Assembly (NCBI GenBank): GCA_030704615.1
Contig: CM060734.1
Location: forward strand, 32,922,001-32,986,000
Direction: 5' to 3'
Source of the DNA: Takakia lepidozioides
Taxonomy: Eukaryota; Plantae; Bryophyta
Length of the DNA: 64,000 bases
Shown here: one piece after another, positions 50,670 through 63,009 of the stretch
How positions within the stretch are numbered: position 1 is the first letter of the stretch
Layout: each line of letters opens with the position of its first letter
Program-made: the position numbers and the translations under genes
Notes under the pieces: generated by a model
Database searches by the model: none
The model's input: only the letters and a program-made list of their open reading frames with translations
Told to the model about the DNA's origin: nothing

Positions 50670-51319
50670 AGTCTTCCTTTCTTTTTCTCTGCACCAAAAC
50701 GAGTTTCTTGAGCAGGTGAAAGTGCACTACGACAATTATGGATCCAAACCCGAAATGACCCAAGAAAACTGCATCGCCTGTCTATCTCAATGGTGGACAA
50801 TGCAACAAAAATCAGGTGGTTGGAGATTTGGAATTCGGATCCACTTGTGAGGGATAAAAACATGTTCCCAACTCCAGAGAGGGACTCGAAAACACAAGCA
50901 ATCACAGTTGTGAGCGACCACGCAATTGACCAGTGGCTTCACAAAGCAACATTCTGGAGCCAGGTGAGGCTGTCAAAACCATTTGGAACTGACTCATTGT
51001 TTTCTTGTTGTCTGTCAAGTTCTCATAACCTTCTTCTTGATGAGCGATGGCAGCACTGGGGGAGTCAATGACAGACTACAAAATCACCCATGGCTCTGCC
51101 CTGAATCACGCTGGAGGCCTATATCAGGAGATGGAAGGGGGTTGTGTGGAACAACTGCTTCTTCAGGGAGTTTGAAAGGGACAAAGGTATCTCCAGGTCA
51201 AATGCATTCAAAAACCAGTACAACAGTGAGCAAGCAATGAAGCGAGTCTTGTACAGGTATAGACTCCCCAATATGCAGTGGACTGATTCTCCTTTGTTGC
51301 TTGATGTGTGTGTCTTCCA

Positions 51320-52410
51320 AGGTTGTGTCAACGCAAGGTTGTTTGCTGCTTGCCCTGGACAAGATTTCGCTTCATTTCATCTTCATTGAACGGCGAATTT
51401 GTCTGACGTGAGGCTGTTTTGAGGGCACTTACAGTACCGCCAATCAACCTTGCGTCAACGCAAGGTTGATTGCGGGTGTGGAATTTCCATGTCAGGGCCT
51501 ATTTTCATGAAAGGTTTTGGCTAAGGGTAGTTGTAGATTCCAGTTTCATCTTGATTGAACAGGAAATTTGTCTGGCGTGAGGCAATTTTGAGGGCACTTT
51601 CAGTACTTACCGCCAAAGAACCTTGCGTCAATGCACTTGATTGCGGGTTCGGAATTTGCATGCGAGGGCCTATTTTCATGAATGGTTTTGGCTAAGGGTA
51701 GTTGTAGATTCTAGTTTCATGTTTCGTTTCATCAAGATTGAACATGAAATTTGTCTGGTGTGAGGCAGTTTTGAGGGCACTTCCAATACCGCCAAACAAC
51801 TTTGCGTCAACGCAAGGTTGATTGCGGGTTTGGAATTTGCATGAGAGGGCCTATTTTCATGAAAGGTTTTGGGTCGGTGTAGTTTTTGATTCAAGCTTCA
51901 TGGTTCGATTCATCTTGATTGAATAGGAAAATCGTCTAACCAGCGCGGGTGTGGAATTTCCATGCAAGGGCCTATTTACATAGCTGATTTTTGGTCAGGG
52001 TAGTATTAGATTCTAGTTCCATGGTTTGTTTGCAGGTACACTTTTGCTTTGACAAGTGTGTTTGTGAGCAGTAATCAACCTTGTGTCAACACAAGGTTGA
52101 ATCTCACTGCAAACTGATCATCTCAGGGATTTTTTCCCGGATTTAAATACATTCGTTTGCTACCTCTAATTACCTTGCGTCAACGCAAGGTTGGTTACCG
52201 CTTGGCTGCGTATGTGTTTTTACAGGTTACACTTCACATTTGTGGTTCTGCCAATCAACCTTGCGTTGCAGCTTTAGAATTTGCATGCAATGATTGTGGT
52301 CATGGACTTGTGGGTCAGTTGAGTGGTTTGTTTCCAAGAGAACTGCCAGCTTTTCTAAGTTTGTTTCTAAGCACGCATCAACCTTGCGTCAACGCAAGGT
52401 TGAATCGGGC
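51320..52410. repeat. Array of AATCAACCTTGCGT-CA-ACGCAAGGTTGATT palindromes, partly within ~175-bp tandem units
   Basis: Full or partial copies at ~51321, 51442, 51618, 51796, 52073, 52171, 52253 and 52377. Confidence 0.9.
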
Positions 52411-53437
52411 TTAGAAATGGTCGATTCAGGGCTGGGCTGAGTGTGTTTTTGGACAGGTTGGACCTCTCCTCTTTTCAACCCTTCTACTGAAGAGGGGTTT
52501 GTATGTACTTGAATTGGAATGACCATCTGTGTTTTTGGGGTGTGTGGTTCAGGTACATGTATCATGTCCTCGTTCCAGGAAAGTACCTTAGCGATGACCC
52601 TGACTTCATCTACACATGGGCGGACCCCCCAATGAGAAGACAATGTATACGGTTGGTATTGCCAGAGACTAGAGTAGGGCACACTTCAGAGACTGCAGGT
52701 GGTACCTTGATCTGCCCAAACAGGACACACCATTCGATGAAGTGGTTTTGAGGAACCTGAACGAGAACCCCGCTACACTAGCCCCGCTTATTGCATCTAT
52801 CAGATTGGATATCTCTTGGTTTTAGATATTGGATGTTTGATTTCAATATATGTGTCGATGGGTTATATCCTTTTTATTTTGTACATGTAGGTCACATGAG
52901 ATCTCCCGTCCTAAATACGATACCAACTCTATACATTTTTTACAATTGGATCCGGCGAATAAACGAATGGGCTTGCCGCCATTGTCGAAGTCTAGGATAA
53001 GCGAATTCGAACGAATTTTCTTAGGAATGTTGAGGTTCGGAAACCTGGTGGAAATTTTGCGAAATGCATAGATTGTGAGATGTTCAGCTTCGGCTGCTCA
53101 ACGGGGCATAACGGGCCCCCTTGCTCTCCCACAAGACCCTCGAACTAATCGGGCCTAGTGGAAATTCCCGTTGGTTGTTGGCAATCCGGAATAGCTCCCC
53201 ACACCTTGGTCGCTTTCCGGCTTGCTTGCTTACTCACTAGCTTTTGGTCACCAATGGGCAGCTTGCACCGTTCTCGGGGTTACTACTCCCTATATATACT
53301 TCTATAGGTGTTAGCGGGAATTCCACAAACAGCCTTGAGTCCAAATCTGGTGCACCACCACCAAGACCCTCGACTCCATGTGATGAGTCGCGGTGAGTCT
53401 TGGCCCACCCACCACGGCCCCAATGGACCATGGTGAT

Positions 53438-53632
53438 CACTACAACAGATGAGCGTTTTTATGACTGCACATACGACTATTTTTTCAGTCCTATATGTGT
53501 TCATGAGTACATCACTTTGTAGTGAAAAAAACCCTACCATAGCGACTAGTCTTTAGGACTGCGTTTTGCAAGTCATAGTTGTGACTGCGTGCGTGGCACC
53601 TGGAGTCATGCATAATAGAGTGATATAGTTGT
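53438..53632 (+). mobile_element. CACTA terminus (same family as 20950)
   Basis: CACTACAACAGATGAGCGTTTTTATGACT plus ATGACT/AGTCAT subterminal motifs. Confidence 0.8.
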
Positions 53633-54604
53633 CACGGACATAGCCCAGAGGAACTTACCAGGAGTAAATACCAAGCAAATGCCAGGGCTATGAAGGCGCA
53701 ATCGGATCCCCAACCAGAGGACGCGGAAAGACTGAAAGTAGAGGAGGCAGCCAAGCAGAAAGCACTGAGAAAATCAGCCAAGGCGGCAGCGTTGGCGAAG
53801 GAGCAGATGGAGAAGCAGGCAGCTGAGCAGCCCAAGGACAGGAAGAAAAGAATGCGCAAACAGGGGCAAGAGACGAAGAACCCCACACCCAAGAAGAAGA
53901 AGCAGCAACACAGTCAGCCAGATGAGGAGGATTCCGATGACAATTTCCAGGAGGAAAACACCCAGGGGGCCACACCTCGTCCAAAAATTCACAAGGGCTA
54001 GCGCTCCGGGGGGTCGGCTGCGAAGAGATCACTATACAAGGATGCACCTGGTAGACCCTACCGTGCGGTGCACATTGCGGGCAGGGAAGTCCTCAAAACA
54101 CCCACAATTGTGGAGTGTGTTAATGAAAATTTCCTAACTGCTCTGACCAGAAGGCTGGAGATAACGAGATTGAGGAAGGCGATCGAGGCCCACCAGGGGA
54201 AGGGGAAGAGGAAGGCCACTGGCAATGATATGGAAGACACTCCTGGCTACACAAAGATGATGGAGTATTTTGTGGCGATGAGCCACGGCAAAAAGAGCAC
54301 AGTCGGGGGCAGGGCGGTGACAGCCTCCATCGACATGATCCTTGTGGATATCCCGGATGGGCAGGAGATACTGGGGCTGGGCTCAGTACCCTGGTGGAAC
54401 AAGTACGACGAAAGATACTGGAGCCACACATTCGGGTTTGCAGCCAACATGTTGGACGACGTTGGCTGTGTTGTTGTGCTAGCAGCCGATGGAGAAGTCA
54501 CTGAGAATGATATCAAAGTATGGACGGGGAGAAGTGCAGCACCCATCCTGAAAAAGATCTGGACTTGCATCAACACGCAGGGTCTTCTCAACGATGGCCA
54601 GAAG
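53633..54604 (+). pseudogene. Charged linker plus amino-(N6A/N4C) methyltransferase-like exon, fragment
   Basis: SIDMILVDIPDG...VPWWN...YWSHTFGFAANMLDDVGCVVVL resembles beta-class MTase motif IV-VI (SIDMILxDxPYG...RVLKDxGxIV). Ends at an AAG|GTATG donor. One in-frame stop upstream at ~54000. Confidence 0.45.
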
Positions 54605-54629
54605 GTATGTTGTGGTTCTCCTCTGCTAT

Positions 54630-55860
54630 TGCAGGTAATTCGAATCCCCGATGGATGGAAATCCGGCGCCGAATTTCCATCCAGCAGGTAAGTCGGATCG
54701 CTTGCGTATGGATATTCGGCGCTGAATTTCCATTCACCAGGTATTTCATCGCTCAGAATTACCTTCGTGCAGGTAATTCTGATCGATGGATTACCTTCCT
54801 ACCTTCATCGATCAGAATTACCTGCAGGAAGGTAGTTCTCAGATCAGAATTACCTGCAGGAAGGTAATTCTGAGCGATGAAATACCTGGTGAATGGAAAT
54901 TCGGCGCCGAATATCCATACGCCAGCGACCCGACTTACCTGCTGGATGGAAATTCAGCGCCGAATTTCCATCCGTCCGGGATTCGAATTACCTGCAGGAT
55001 GGAAATGCGGCGCCGGATTTCCATCCGTCCGGGATTCCACTTACCTACAGGATGGAAATCCGGCGCCGGATTTCCATCCATCGGGGATTCGAATTACCTG
55101 CAGGATGGAAATGCGGCGCCGGATTTCCATCCATCCGGGATTCCACTTACCTGCTGGATGGAAATTCGGCGCCGAATTTCCATCCGGGGGATGGTCTCTG
55201 TCGGAGAGGTGTCGGCCTCTCCGCCGCTCTGTTGGATATTCGGTGCCGAATTTCCGTCCGGGGGTTGAAATATGACGGCCAGGTGCCGACCTCTCCCCCC
55301 TCCCCGACTGCATTGGAACGGCCCCGGATTGAAATTCGGCGCCGTTTTCCCATCTGGGGAGGTTTTTATGTCGGCCAGTTTTCGGTCTGACCCCCCAACA
55401 CGACTTCCTTTGGGAGGGCCCGGATGGAAATTCGGTGCCGAATCTCCATCCAGGGGATGCTCTCTGTCGAACACGTGCCGACCTCTACGCCCGAGGCGAC
55501 TTCATCCGGGCGTCCCCTGTTCGATATTCGGTGCCGAATTTCCGTCCGGGGGTTGAAATGTGACGGCCAAGTGCCGGCCTCTCCCCCTCCCCGAGTGCAT
55601 CCAAACCGCCCCGGATGGAAATTCGGCGCCGTTTTTCCATCTGGGGATGTTTTTATGCCGGCCAGTTTTCGGCTTGACCCCCCGACACGACTTCCTTTGG
55701 GGGGCCCGGATGGAAATTCGGCGCCGAATCTCCATCCAGGGGATGTTCTCTGTCGCACACGCGCCGGCCTCTGCGCCCGAGGCAACTTCATCCGGGCTTC
55801 CCCTGTTGGATATTGGGTGCCGAATTTCCATTTGGGGGTAGTAATGTGACGGCACGGTGC
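54630..55860. repeat. GGCGCC-centred palindrome array (GGATGGAAATTCGGCGCCGAATTTCCATCC)
   Basis: Perfect 30-bp palindrome at 55156-55185. Many variants arranged in ~45-bp units and then ~286-bp higher-order units. Confidence 0.92.
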
Positions 55861-56133
55861 CGGCTTCTCCCCTTCAGCCGTCATCATCCGGACGGCCCCC
55901 ACTTTCTGACTGCATACCGTTGGCAGTTATTGCGCAAAGACCAGGGGCCGCATTCCGGAGACAAGGTTCATTAACACTCTGACTGTGGATTTTTGAGATA
56001 GTTGGCTCCCTGGATTTGGATCAGGCTTCGTCGCTCGGACAAATCGGCATCGCATTCATTCCCATCGCTGCATCCCCCTTCTATCAGGGAGCTTCCCCGC
56101 ACGCCATCCTGCAGTCTTGTGTGCACATCTCCC

Positions 56134-58740
56134 ATGGCGGAAAACCCGAGCGCTACAGTGTACTGCCCTCCTCACGAGCATAGAGCTTCATTTCCGTGCA
56201 GAGGGGACATCTGCCGGGTGATGGAGAAATATCTGTGCGTTCGATACCACCTGAAACCGGGGTCGGGTTTTTTGGAGGAGGAAAGGAAGGACTCTAACGG
56301 CCTTGTTGTCGAGAGTATTGTTGTGCTCCACGATGATTTCGGCGATGGCAGGGAATGGCGAGTTCCACCATCGGACAACGTCATATACAGGGTTGTTGGG
56401 GACTTCATTTGCCCGTCAAATGCACCTTCTATCCTGGCGCCTTCCACGAAACAATCCGCGAATCAGAGAGTGGCTACCTCAAAGAGTGGCTACCTCAAAG
56501 AGAGAAGTCCGCAACGAAGTAAATCCAGAGCCGAACCCATCCATGAAGACGAGCGAGAACCGGGTTGTTCACAACCTGTCCGACTCAGACGAGGTCATGG
56601 AAGTTCCGAGGTCGTCCTGGAGATCAGGCAAGTCCTCAATGGACGTCAGTGGAGGAGGGAGTCATATTCCCAGCACGAGCACCGCAGTTCGATCTATTCT
56701 TGAAATTCTGCGAGGGCTTCACCTGGAGGGACACAGGTCGGAGCTGGCCGGGCTGGACTACAGCAAGTTCACAATTAAATCGGTTACATGCCTTCCCGCC
56801 GACGTCGACGGTAATATCTTCTTTGAGTTCCCTCCTCGGGCGGACTACTCGAGGGCATCCGGAATGTTGACAGATATGGATAGAAAACATGACGGTCATC
56901 CTTGGTGCGTTACCAAAACCACCAGCATGAAGATGCTCGATGGTGTGCGGGTGCGCTACGTTGTTTGTGCGGGCGCGTTGCGGTGTTTCTCCCCAACTTG
57001 CTTCCACTTTAAATCCAGAGGTCACAGGAACGAGACCGATTGGACAGGCACAGCTCATCAACCATTTCAGGCTCAGGAGAAGGTTCCGAACTCCACATTT
57101 AAGCATTGCTGGAGTCGGTGTCCCACGTATGTTCACCGAATGTCCGAAACCACATTGTCTCATGCAAACAGAAAATTGGGCGTGGCTCGGATATGCACTC
57201 CATTCTAGAGGTGAAGCGACGATGTGGATATGACTACATTCATGGAAGTAGGTTTCCAGGACAAGGGACTGAGGCAGATCGTTGTTTCGTATTCAAAATG
57301 TCCACGTGTGGACCTGGCAGCGGCGTCGAACTGGTCGACAGGATTACGAGTGGGAACTTGTCAAACAGTTGGGTCATGTTCGACCATATCAAGCGAATTA
57401 CAAATCACCAGTGGGTAACAATGGGTGCACATGTCTACGACACCCACTGCAAGATGCTAATGACAATTGCTATTTGTGAGATGAAAGGAGAGGACACACA
57501 ATCTTCTTTGGCAGGGAATAAACGAACAGATGGCCAAGGCGGGATTGCCCCCTCCCAATTTCCGTGGTTTCATGGCGGACAACGCACAAGCAAATTGGGC
57601 TGCCATCCGAAGGGTGTACGGGCAAGACCCCAATGTTCCCATGGAAGGCAAGGAGAGATCTTGTGGGTTCCATTTTCTGCAGAGCCTTTCGCAGTACACA
57701 ACCAGGCTCGTGGCGCCAGATTTCAGAGAGGAGCACCGTTCCATGTGCCTTGCGTGGAAGCGCGCTCCCACCTTGGATGATGCAGAGACACAGTTTGCAT
57801 GCATACGGGCTTGGTGGACATCATCAGGTGCTGTAAGGAAATCAGACGAGGGAGTAATGGTCAGTTGGCTAGCATGGTGGCATTATCGTTTCCTCCAGTT
57901 CGGCGACTATATGTGGGAGGTGAGTTGCACGAATTCGCGTCTCGTTGAATATTATTCTTGGCCATATTTGTAATTTGCTTGTAACCTGAACATGTGCTTG
58001 TGCAGGAAATGTGTCTCGACTCCGACACCGACATGCCCACGACAAACATGGCCGAATCAGTGCACTCTTCCTGGCGTGCCTCCTCTGCAGCGCATCTGGT
58101 GGACATCCTCGCTGCCACAACGGAGGACATCCTCACTGCCACAACGGAGGACATTGTGAGGTCAATTATGCAGCAATGCAGGTACAACGTGTTCTTGAAA
58201 GGGAAACAGTGGGGCTTGGGGCCAGACAGGCAGGAAATGGTGCAACGCATAGACATCCCGGCCCACGCATTTCCGGTTTCTCAGACCCAGCCATTGCAGA
58301 CTGCTCGGTCCAGTAGAGACAGATTGGACAATTCTGCACATCCCACAATGCGATTCGGAAGAGTGAAGAGACGACACCCTCCCAACAAGTTGAATGAGAC
58401 TCGGATTGCCAATGCTCTTGGGATGACTTGCACTATTCAGAGCTCCGTGGACGTACCCCCACCCGACCTTGGGCGTGTGTATCGGATGGCAACGGCCGGC
58501 TCGGCTGTACGCGACGATGTATACACAATTACGATTGGAGTGGAGCCGACTTGCAATTGTACGGACTTCTCGTTGATGGAAGCAAAGAAGGGTTCCAAGT
58601 ATTATCCGTGCAAGCATTTGTATTACATTTACCTGAAGAGGTTGAGGATGAATGTGATTATTGATGACTTTATTCATGCACCGGCGTTGAGCATGAACGA
58701 GCTGCACAAACTCCTCCTTAGGGATTCCAGAAATCATTGA
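56134..58740 (+). pseudogene. MULE DDE transposase with C-terminal SWIM zinc finger, frameshifted
   Basis: DGHPW..CAGALRC...C DNA-binding-like region. Catalytic-like motifs WVMFDHIKR, GFMADNAQANWAAI, CGFHF and TTNMAESVH. SWIM: CNCTDF...YPCKHL. Intron ~57920-58005. Confidence 0.85.
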
Positions 58741-58894
58741 TGGGGCAAAGGGAATCCTCCATATGGATATTTTCAATTGCATTTTGCTGTATCAGACTTT
58801 TTTTTTGCAGTGTAATGAAATGCACCCCAAAACTCCTGGAATGAGGCAATATTCCATTCAAACTGAGATCCAACAGAAGCAGTTGTGGGGCCAT

Positions 58895-59330
58895 TTCTGG
58901 AAAAATGGCGCCGAATTTCTCTTTTTGGGGCCGAAAACTGACTAAGTCCCAACATGCACTGGTACCTGTGTCTGGGAAAATGGCGCCGAATTTCTCTTTT
59001 TTGGGCCAAAAACTGGCTAAGTCCCAACATGCACTGGTACCGTGTCTGGAAAAATGGCGCCGAAATTTCTTTTTTTTGGGCCGAAAACTGGCTAAGTCCC
59101 AACATGCACTGGTACAGTGTCTGGAAAAATGGCGCCGAATTTCCCTATTTTGCGCCGAAAACTGGCTAAGTCCGAACATGCACTGGAAAAATGGCGCCGA
59201 ATTACCTGTCATGAGGGGACCTATAGCCGCGGAATTCGGCACCATTTTTCGCCAGAGAGACCTATTACCGCGAAATACGTCGCCGTTTTTTCAAGTTACG
59301 GACCCTATTACCGCGAAATTCGGCGCCATA
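58895..59330. repeat. ~75-bp tandem repeat carrying the GGCGCCGAATTT motif, 3' of the transposase
   Basis: GGAAAAATGGCGCCGAA...GGCTAAGTCCCAACATGCACTGG occurs about 4 times. Confidence 0.9.
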
Positions 59331-59339
59331 TTTGCACAT

Positions 59340-59559
59340 GTCGCTGGGAATTGGCATGAGCGGAAGACGAAATATCATGAGCACAACTGTCAAAACTGCA
59401 ATTTTCCCTTCAAGGGGCCGAATAATATATCTGTTTTTCCTGACACATTGCATTAAATTATTGTTTTTTATTGTTTTTTATTTTCGAAATTTGTACTTCT
59501 GCTCATGAAAACCGATTGTCTTACTACTCTGCTCATGCTCATGAAATAGCAAACCTCTC
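59340..59559 (-). mobile_element. Probable right TIR of the MULE-SWIM element
   Basis: The reverse complement starts GAGAGGTTTGCTATTTCATGAGC with internal CATGAGC repeats and an AT-rich inner part. Partner TIR not seen in the window. Confidence 0.45.
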
Positions 59560-61341
59560 TTGGACTCTAGGCTTCTTTGCACCGAGCTATGGCGGCTGCG
59601 AAGAAATCAACAAGGTATTCTTGCTCTTTCGGCTCCCACACACCACCAATAGTAGCCCTAAGCCATGAGGAAGATGGTTGCCACAAACCAAGCCTTCTTT
59701 CTCACTTAGACTCCCCAAACACGCCACTAAACTCAATGGCAAACAACCAAGCCTTGCTGGTTTCCAGCCCTTGTGAGCACTCATTCAAGCGTTTTCCTTG
59801 GCCATAGCATCTGTCTTAGAGCCTATTTCAGCCCCCTACACCTGCCACTTCAAGAGCCATGCTCTATCTAGGCTTGAGGTTGAAACGCCAACTCAGAACA
59901 CGCTCTACAAGTGTCGGACTGTCACATAAGAGCAGATCAGCCCCTTATCTTCTCTTCTAGTTCTCTAAAGCTTGAAAATAAAAGCCCAATGGACTGAAGG
60001 CATGCTCCACACATGCCCCACTCTCACCACAAGAGAATCAGCCCCTTTGCTTCCTTTCTTGCACCCACCAACCTGAAAATACAAGCTTCAGCGGGCTGGA
60101 AGCATGGTCCACACATGCCCTACAGGGAATCCTTTCTTGCACTCCCAAACCTTAAAGTACAAGCCTTCAACAGGCTGAAAGCATGCTCCACACATGCATT
60201 GCCCTCACATAAGGGAAGTCAGCCCTTCCCTCTTCCTTGCTTGCCCTCCAAGCTTGAAGATGGAAGCTTCAATGAGCTGAATACATGCTCCACACATGCA
60301 ACCTCTTCACACAAGAGGTATCAGCCCCCTATCGTGGCTCCTTGGCTCCTTGATGCTCTCTAAGACAAGACTAAGCACTCCACAGCCTTTGCCAAGCTCC
60401 TGAAACCCTAAGGCTTACATTTCCAGCCACAAGACACTCCTCTTGTGGTGCAAGAGCTCTTCTTCCAAGCTTTGAAACCCTAGGTGCACATTCCATGGCC
60501 TTGCCGCACCTCTTAGCTCCTATTCCAGTCCTGCTCTTGCCATGACAAGAGCCCTCTCAATGCTGAAGCTCGAGATTGAAACCCAATCTCAATATACTCC
60601 ACAAAGTGCATTGATTTGCCCCAAGCCAAATCAGCCCTTTTGCTTGGTCTTGCAATCCTTCACACAATGAAAGCTCGCATTCCCAAGTCCAGTTCTCAGC
60701 TTTGCCACCAAAGCCACTATAACCTGCTCTTGACTGGTCCTCTTCCCAATCGTGCTTGCTCATGCATGTACACAATCTGAAACCATCAAGGTGCTCTGGA
60801 ATTACCTGCATCATGGTGCTTTCATCTCTGAAGCTGAAGATAGAATGCCAAGGTCTACCACCTCGTAACCCACATTGCCTCCGCTTCTAACAACCAAGGG
60901 CTCCACGGTGCTCCTTGCATAACAACCTGGTTTCTCTCATCCTCAAGCAAAAACCACAAGTGCTACAACTAACTCGTATGTGGCACTCACGGATACGAGC
61001 TCATCTTTCTCGAGTGATAAAGAAGAAGAATACAAGCACAAGCTCATGCGAGCTCACAAAGCTGAAGCATAAACTCATGCATATATAACTTCATCACTCA
61101 AATACAAGTCAAGCCAAGTGCACCCCACGCCATGGGGAATCCATACTATGGCGCCATAGCTAGGTGTGGTGAGGCTCAACTTGAGAAAGATGAGCCTCCC
61201 GCGCTTGCCGTGAAGATAACCACTCCAGGGCCTAAATCTGCCTTGACCCCTGGATTGACACTTGGGCCAATCCCAAATGTCAATATGTAAAAGCTAGCTA
61301 TTTCCTAGCTAGTTTCACGCTAGTGGTAAAATAACTTGACA
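59560..61341. mobile_element. Probable LTR-retroelement remnant interrupting a CACTA transposase
   Basis: Non-coding, internally repetitive (CATGCTCCACACATGC occurs several times). Ends in ...TGACA exactly where the CACTA reading frame (PGPKSVVNENIDVYLQPL) begins. Confidence 0.4.
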
Positions 61342-62810
61342 CCTGGCCCTAAAAGCGTTGTGAATGAGAACATTGACGTATACCTGCAACCTCTACTTGA
61401 GGAGTTGTTAGAATTGTGGGAGGGGTGCCTTTTGTGGATGCAACTATGGCGGGGCTCGGTAACATGCATTTCCGGATGAGGGCAGTACTAATGTGGACAA
61501 TCGAAGATTTTCCAGCATATGGGCTGATTTCAGGATGTTCAACGAAGGGCTACAAAGCCTGCCCCCCTTGTGGGCCTGATCTGGACTCAAGGCACTCTGA
61601 GCACTTGAAAAAGCACGTTTATCTTGGCCACCGGCGGTACACTAAGCGCCATCATCCCTACAAAAGGGCTGCGACTGCCTCTGATGGCACTATAGAGAGG
61701 TGCGACCCCCCTCCTCCTGTAACTCCAGCTGAAATCTTGGAGAAAGCCCTTGAGACACAGAATTATATGGAGATCACAGGTCGGAGCTATGACGATAAGC
61801 GTTGCCCTGCCAAGCGCCATGGTGGGAAGAGGAGATCTTGTTTGTGGGACCTCCCATACTGGAAGGTGAGCAGTGAACCAACCTTGCCTCCCACGTCATG
61901 CAAGCTGATTACATTCTCGTGGATGGGATTTTTTGTGTTGTGTGTTGTGTCTTCATTTATTAGAGTTCTCACATTAGGTTGATCTTTGTGCTTCTTCTCA
62001 ACGCAGGACTTGTCTATTCGTCATACACTTGACGTTATGCACTGTGAGAAAAACCTCATAGAGAACGTCATGAAGACAATTTTTGGAGAGAAAGACACCT
62101 TAGGGGTGCGGAAAGACATGGAGGCAATGCAGATCCGACAACACCTGTGTCTTGTTCAAGAGCCTGGAAGACAGCCTGGGCAAACCAGGGAGGTATTGCC
62201 TGATGCCCCCTATGTTTTCATAGCCGCGTGTTCGGAGAAATTTGTGCAAAGGTCTGGGACCCTTCCCGCATTAACAAACTGAGGGAAGATGCGGTACTAA
62301 CCCTGTGCATGTTAGAGAAGGAATTCCCCCCTTCCTTCTTTGATGTGATGACCCACCTACCGATTCATTTAGTGGACGAGTTGGACATATGTGGGCCTGT
62401 GGGGACAAGGTGGTGCTATCCCATGGAACGATACTTAGGTGACCTAAAGGGGTATGTGCGCAACAAAGCCAGGCCTGAGGGCAGCATGGCGAGGGGTCAC
62501 ATCATAGATGAAGCACTTGGGTTCTATACTGAATACCTTGCGCAATACCGCCACAGTAGACGTCGTGTGTGGGACCAAGAGGAGGACCCCGGGGTAAGTG
62601 GGGAGGTGTTACAAGGTAGTGGGCAGAAAAAAGATATTTCAGCTTTGTTGAGGGATCTAGCCCGCACCTATGTGTTGCAGAACACTGATGTAGTTGCTCC
62701 ATACATGCGAGGCTATGAGGTAGAGAAATAAATCGCCCTTTTTGAATCGAAAGATAGCAGATTCCACCTTTTGAGGAGTGGTTCCAGATAACAGTTGACA
62801 ATCAGGTGAG
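61342..62810 (+). mobile_element. CACTA/En-Spm transposase (Transposase_21 + DUF4218) pseudogene
   Basis: IDVYLQPLLEEL, LMWTIEDFPAYG..SG..KGYKACPPC, YLGHRRY, LPYWK|DLSIRHTLDVMHCEKN and FPPSFFDVMTHLPIHL...GPV..RWCYPMERY...LKGYVRNKARPEGS. Confidence 0.93.
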
Positions 62811-63009
62811 GGATGGGGTGGATGTGAGGCGGCTATATTTGCGACCGTTGTTGACTGTCCAGTGACTGCCTGCATTGGGCAGATACTGTGGGTTCAATCC
62901 CCACCCATGTCAAGGGCAATCAAAGCAGCTGTTGATGTGCAGGTAGATTTAGGAGAACTTGACATGGCTTGATGTTGTCATAGAGGGCAACTGCTGAGGA
63001 GGTGGGGAT

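Noticed and set aside
54786-55902. Multiple overlapping ORFs with MEIRRRISI / GWKFGAEF repeats
   Set aside because: These arise on both strands from the palindromic repeat; no evidence of coding function.
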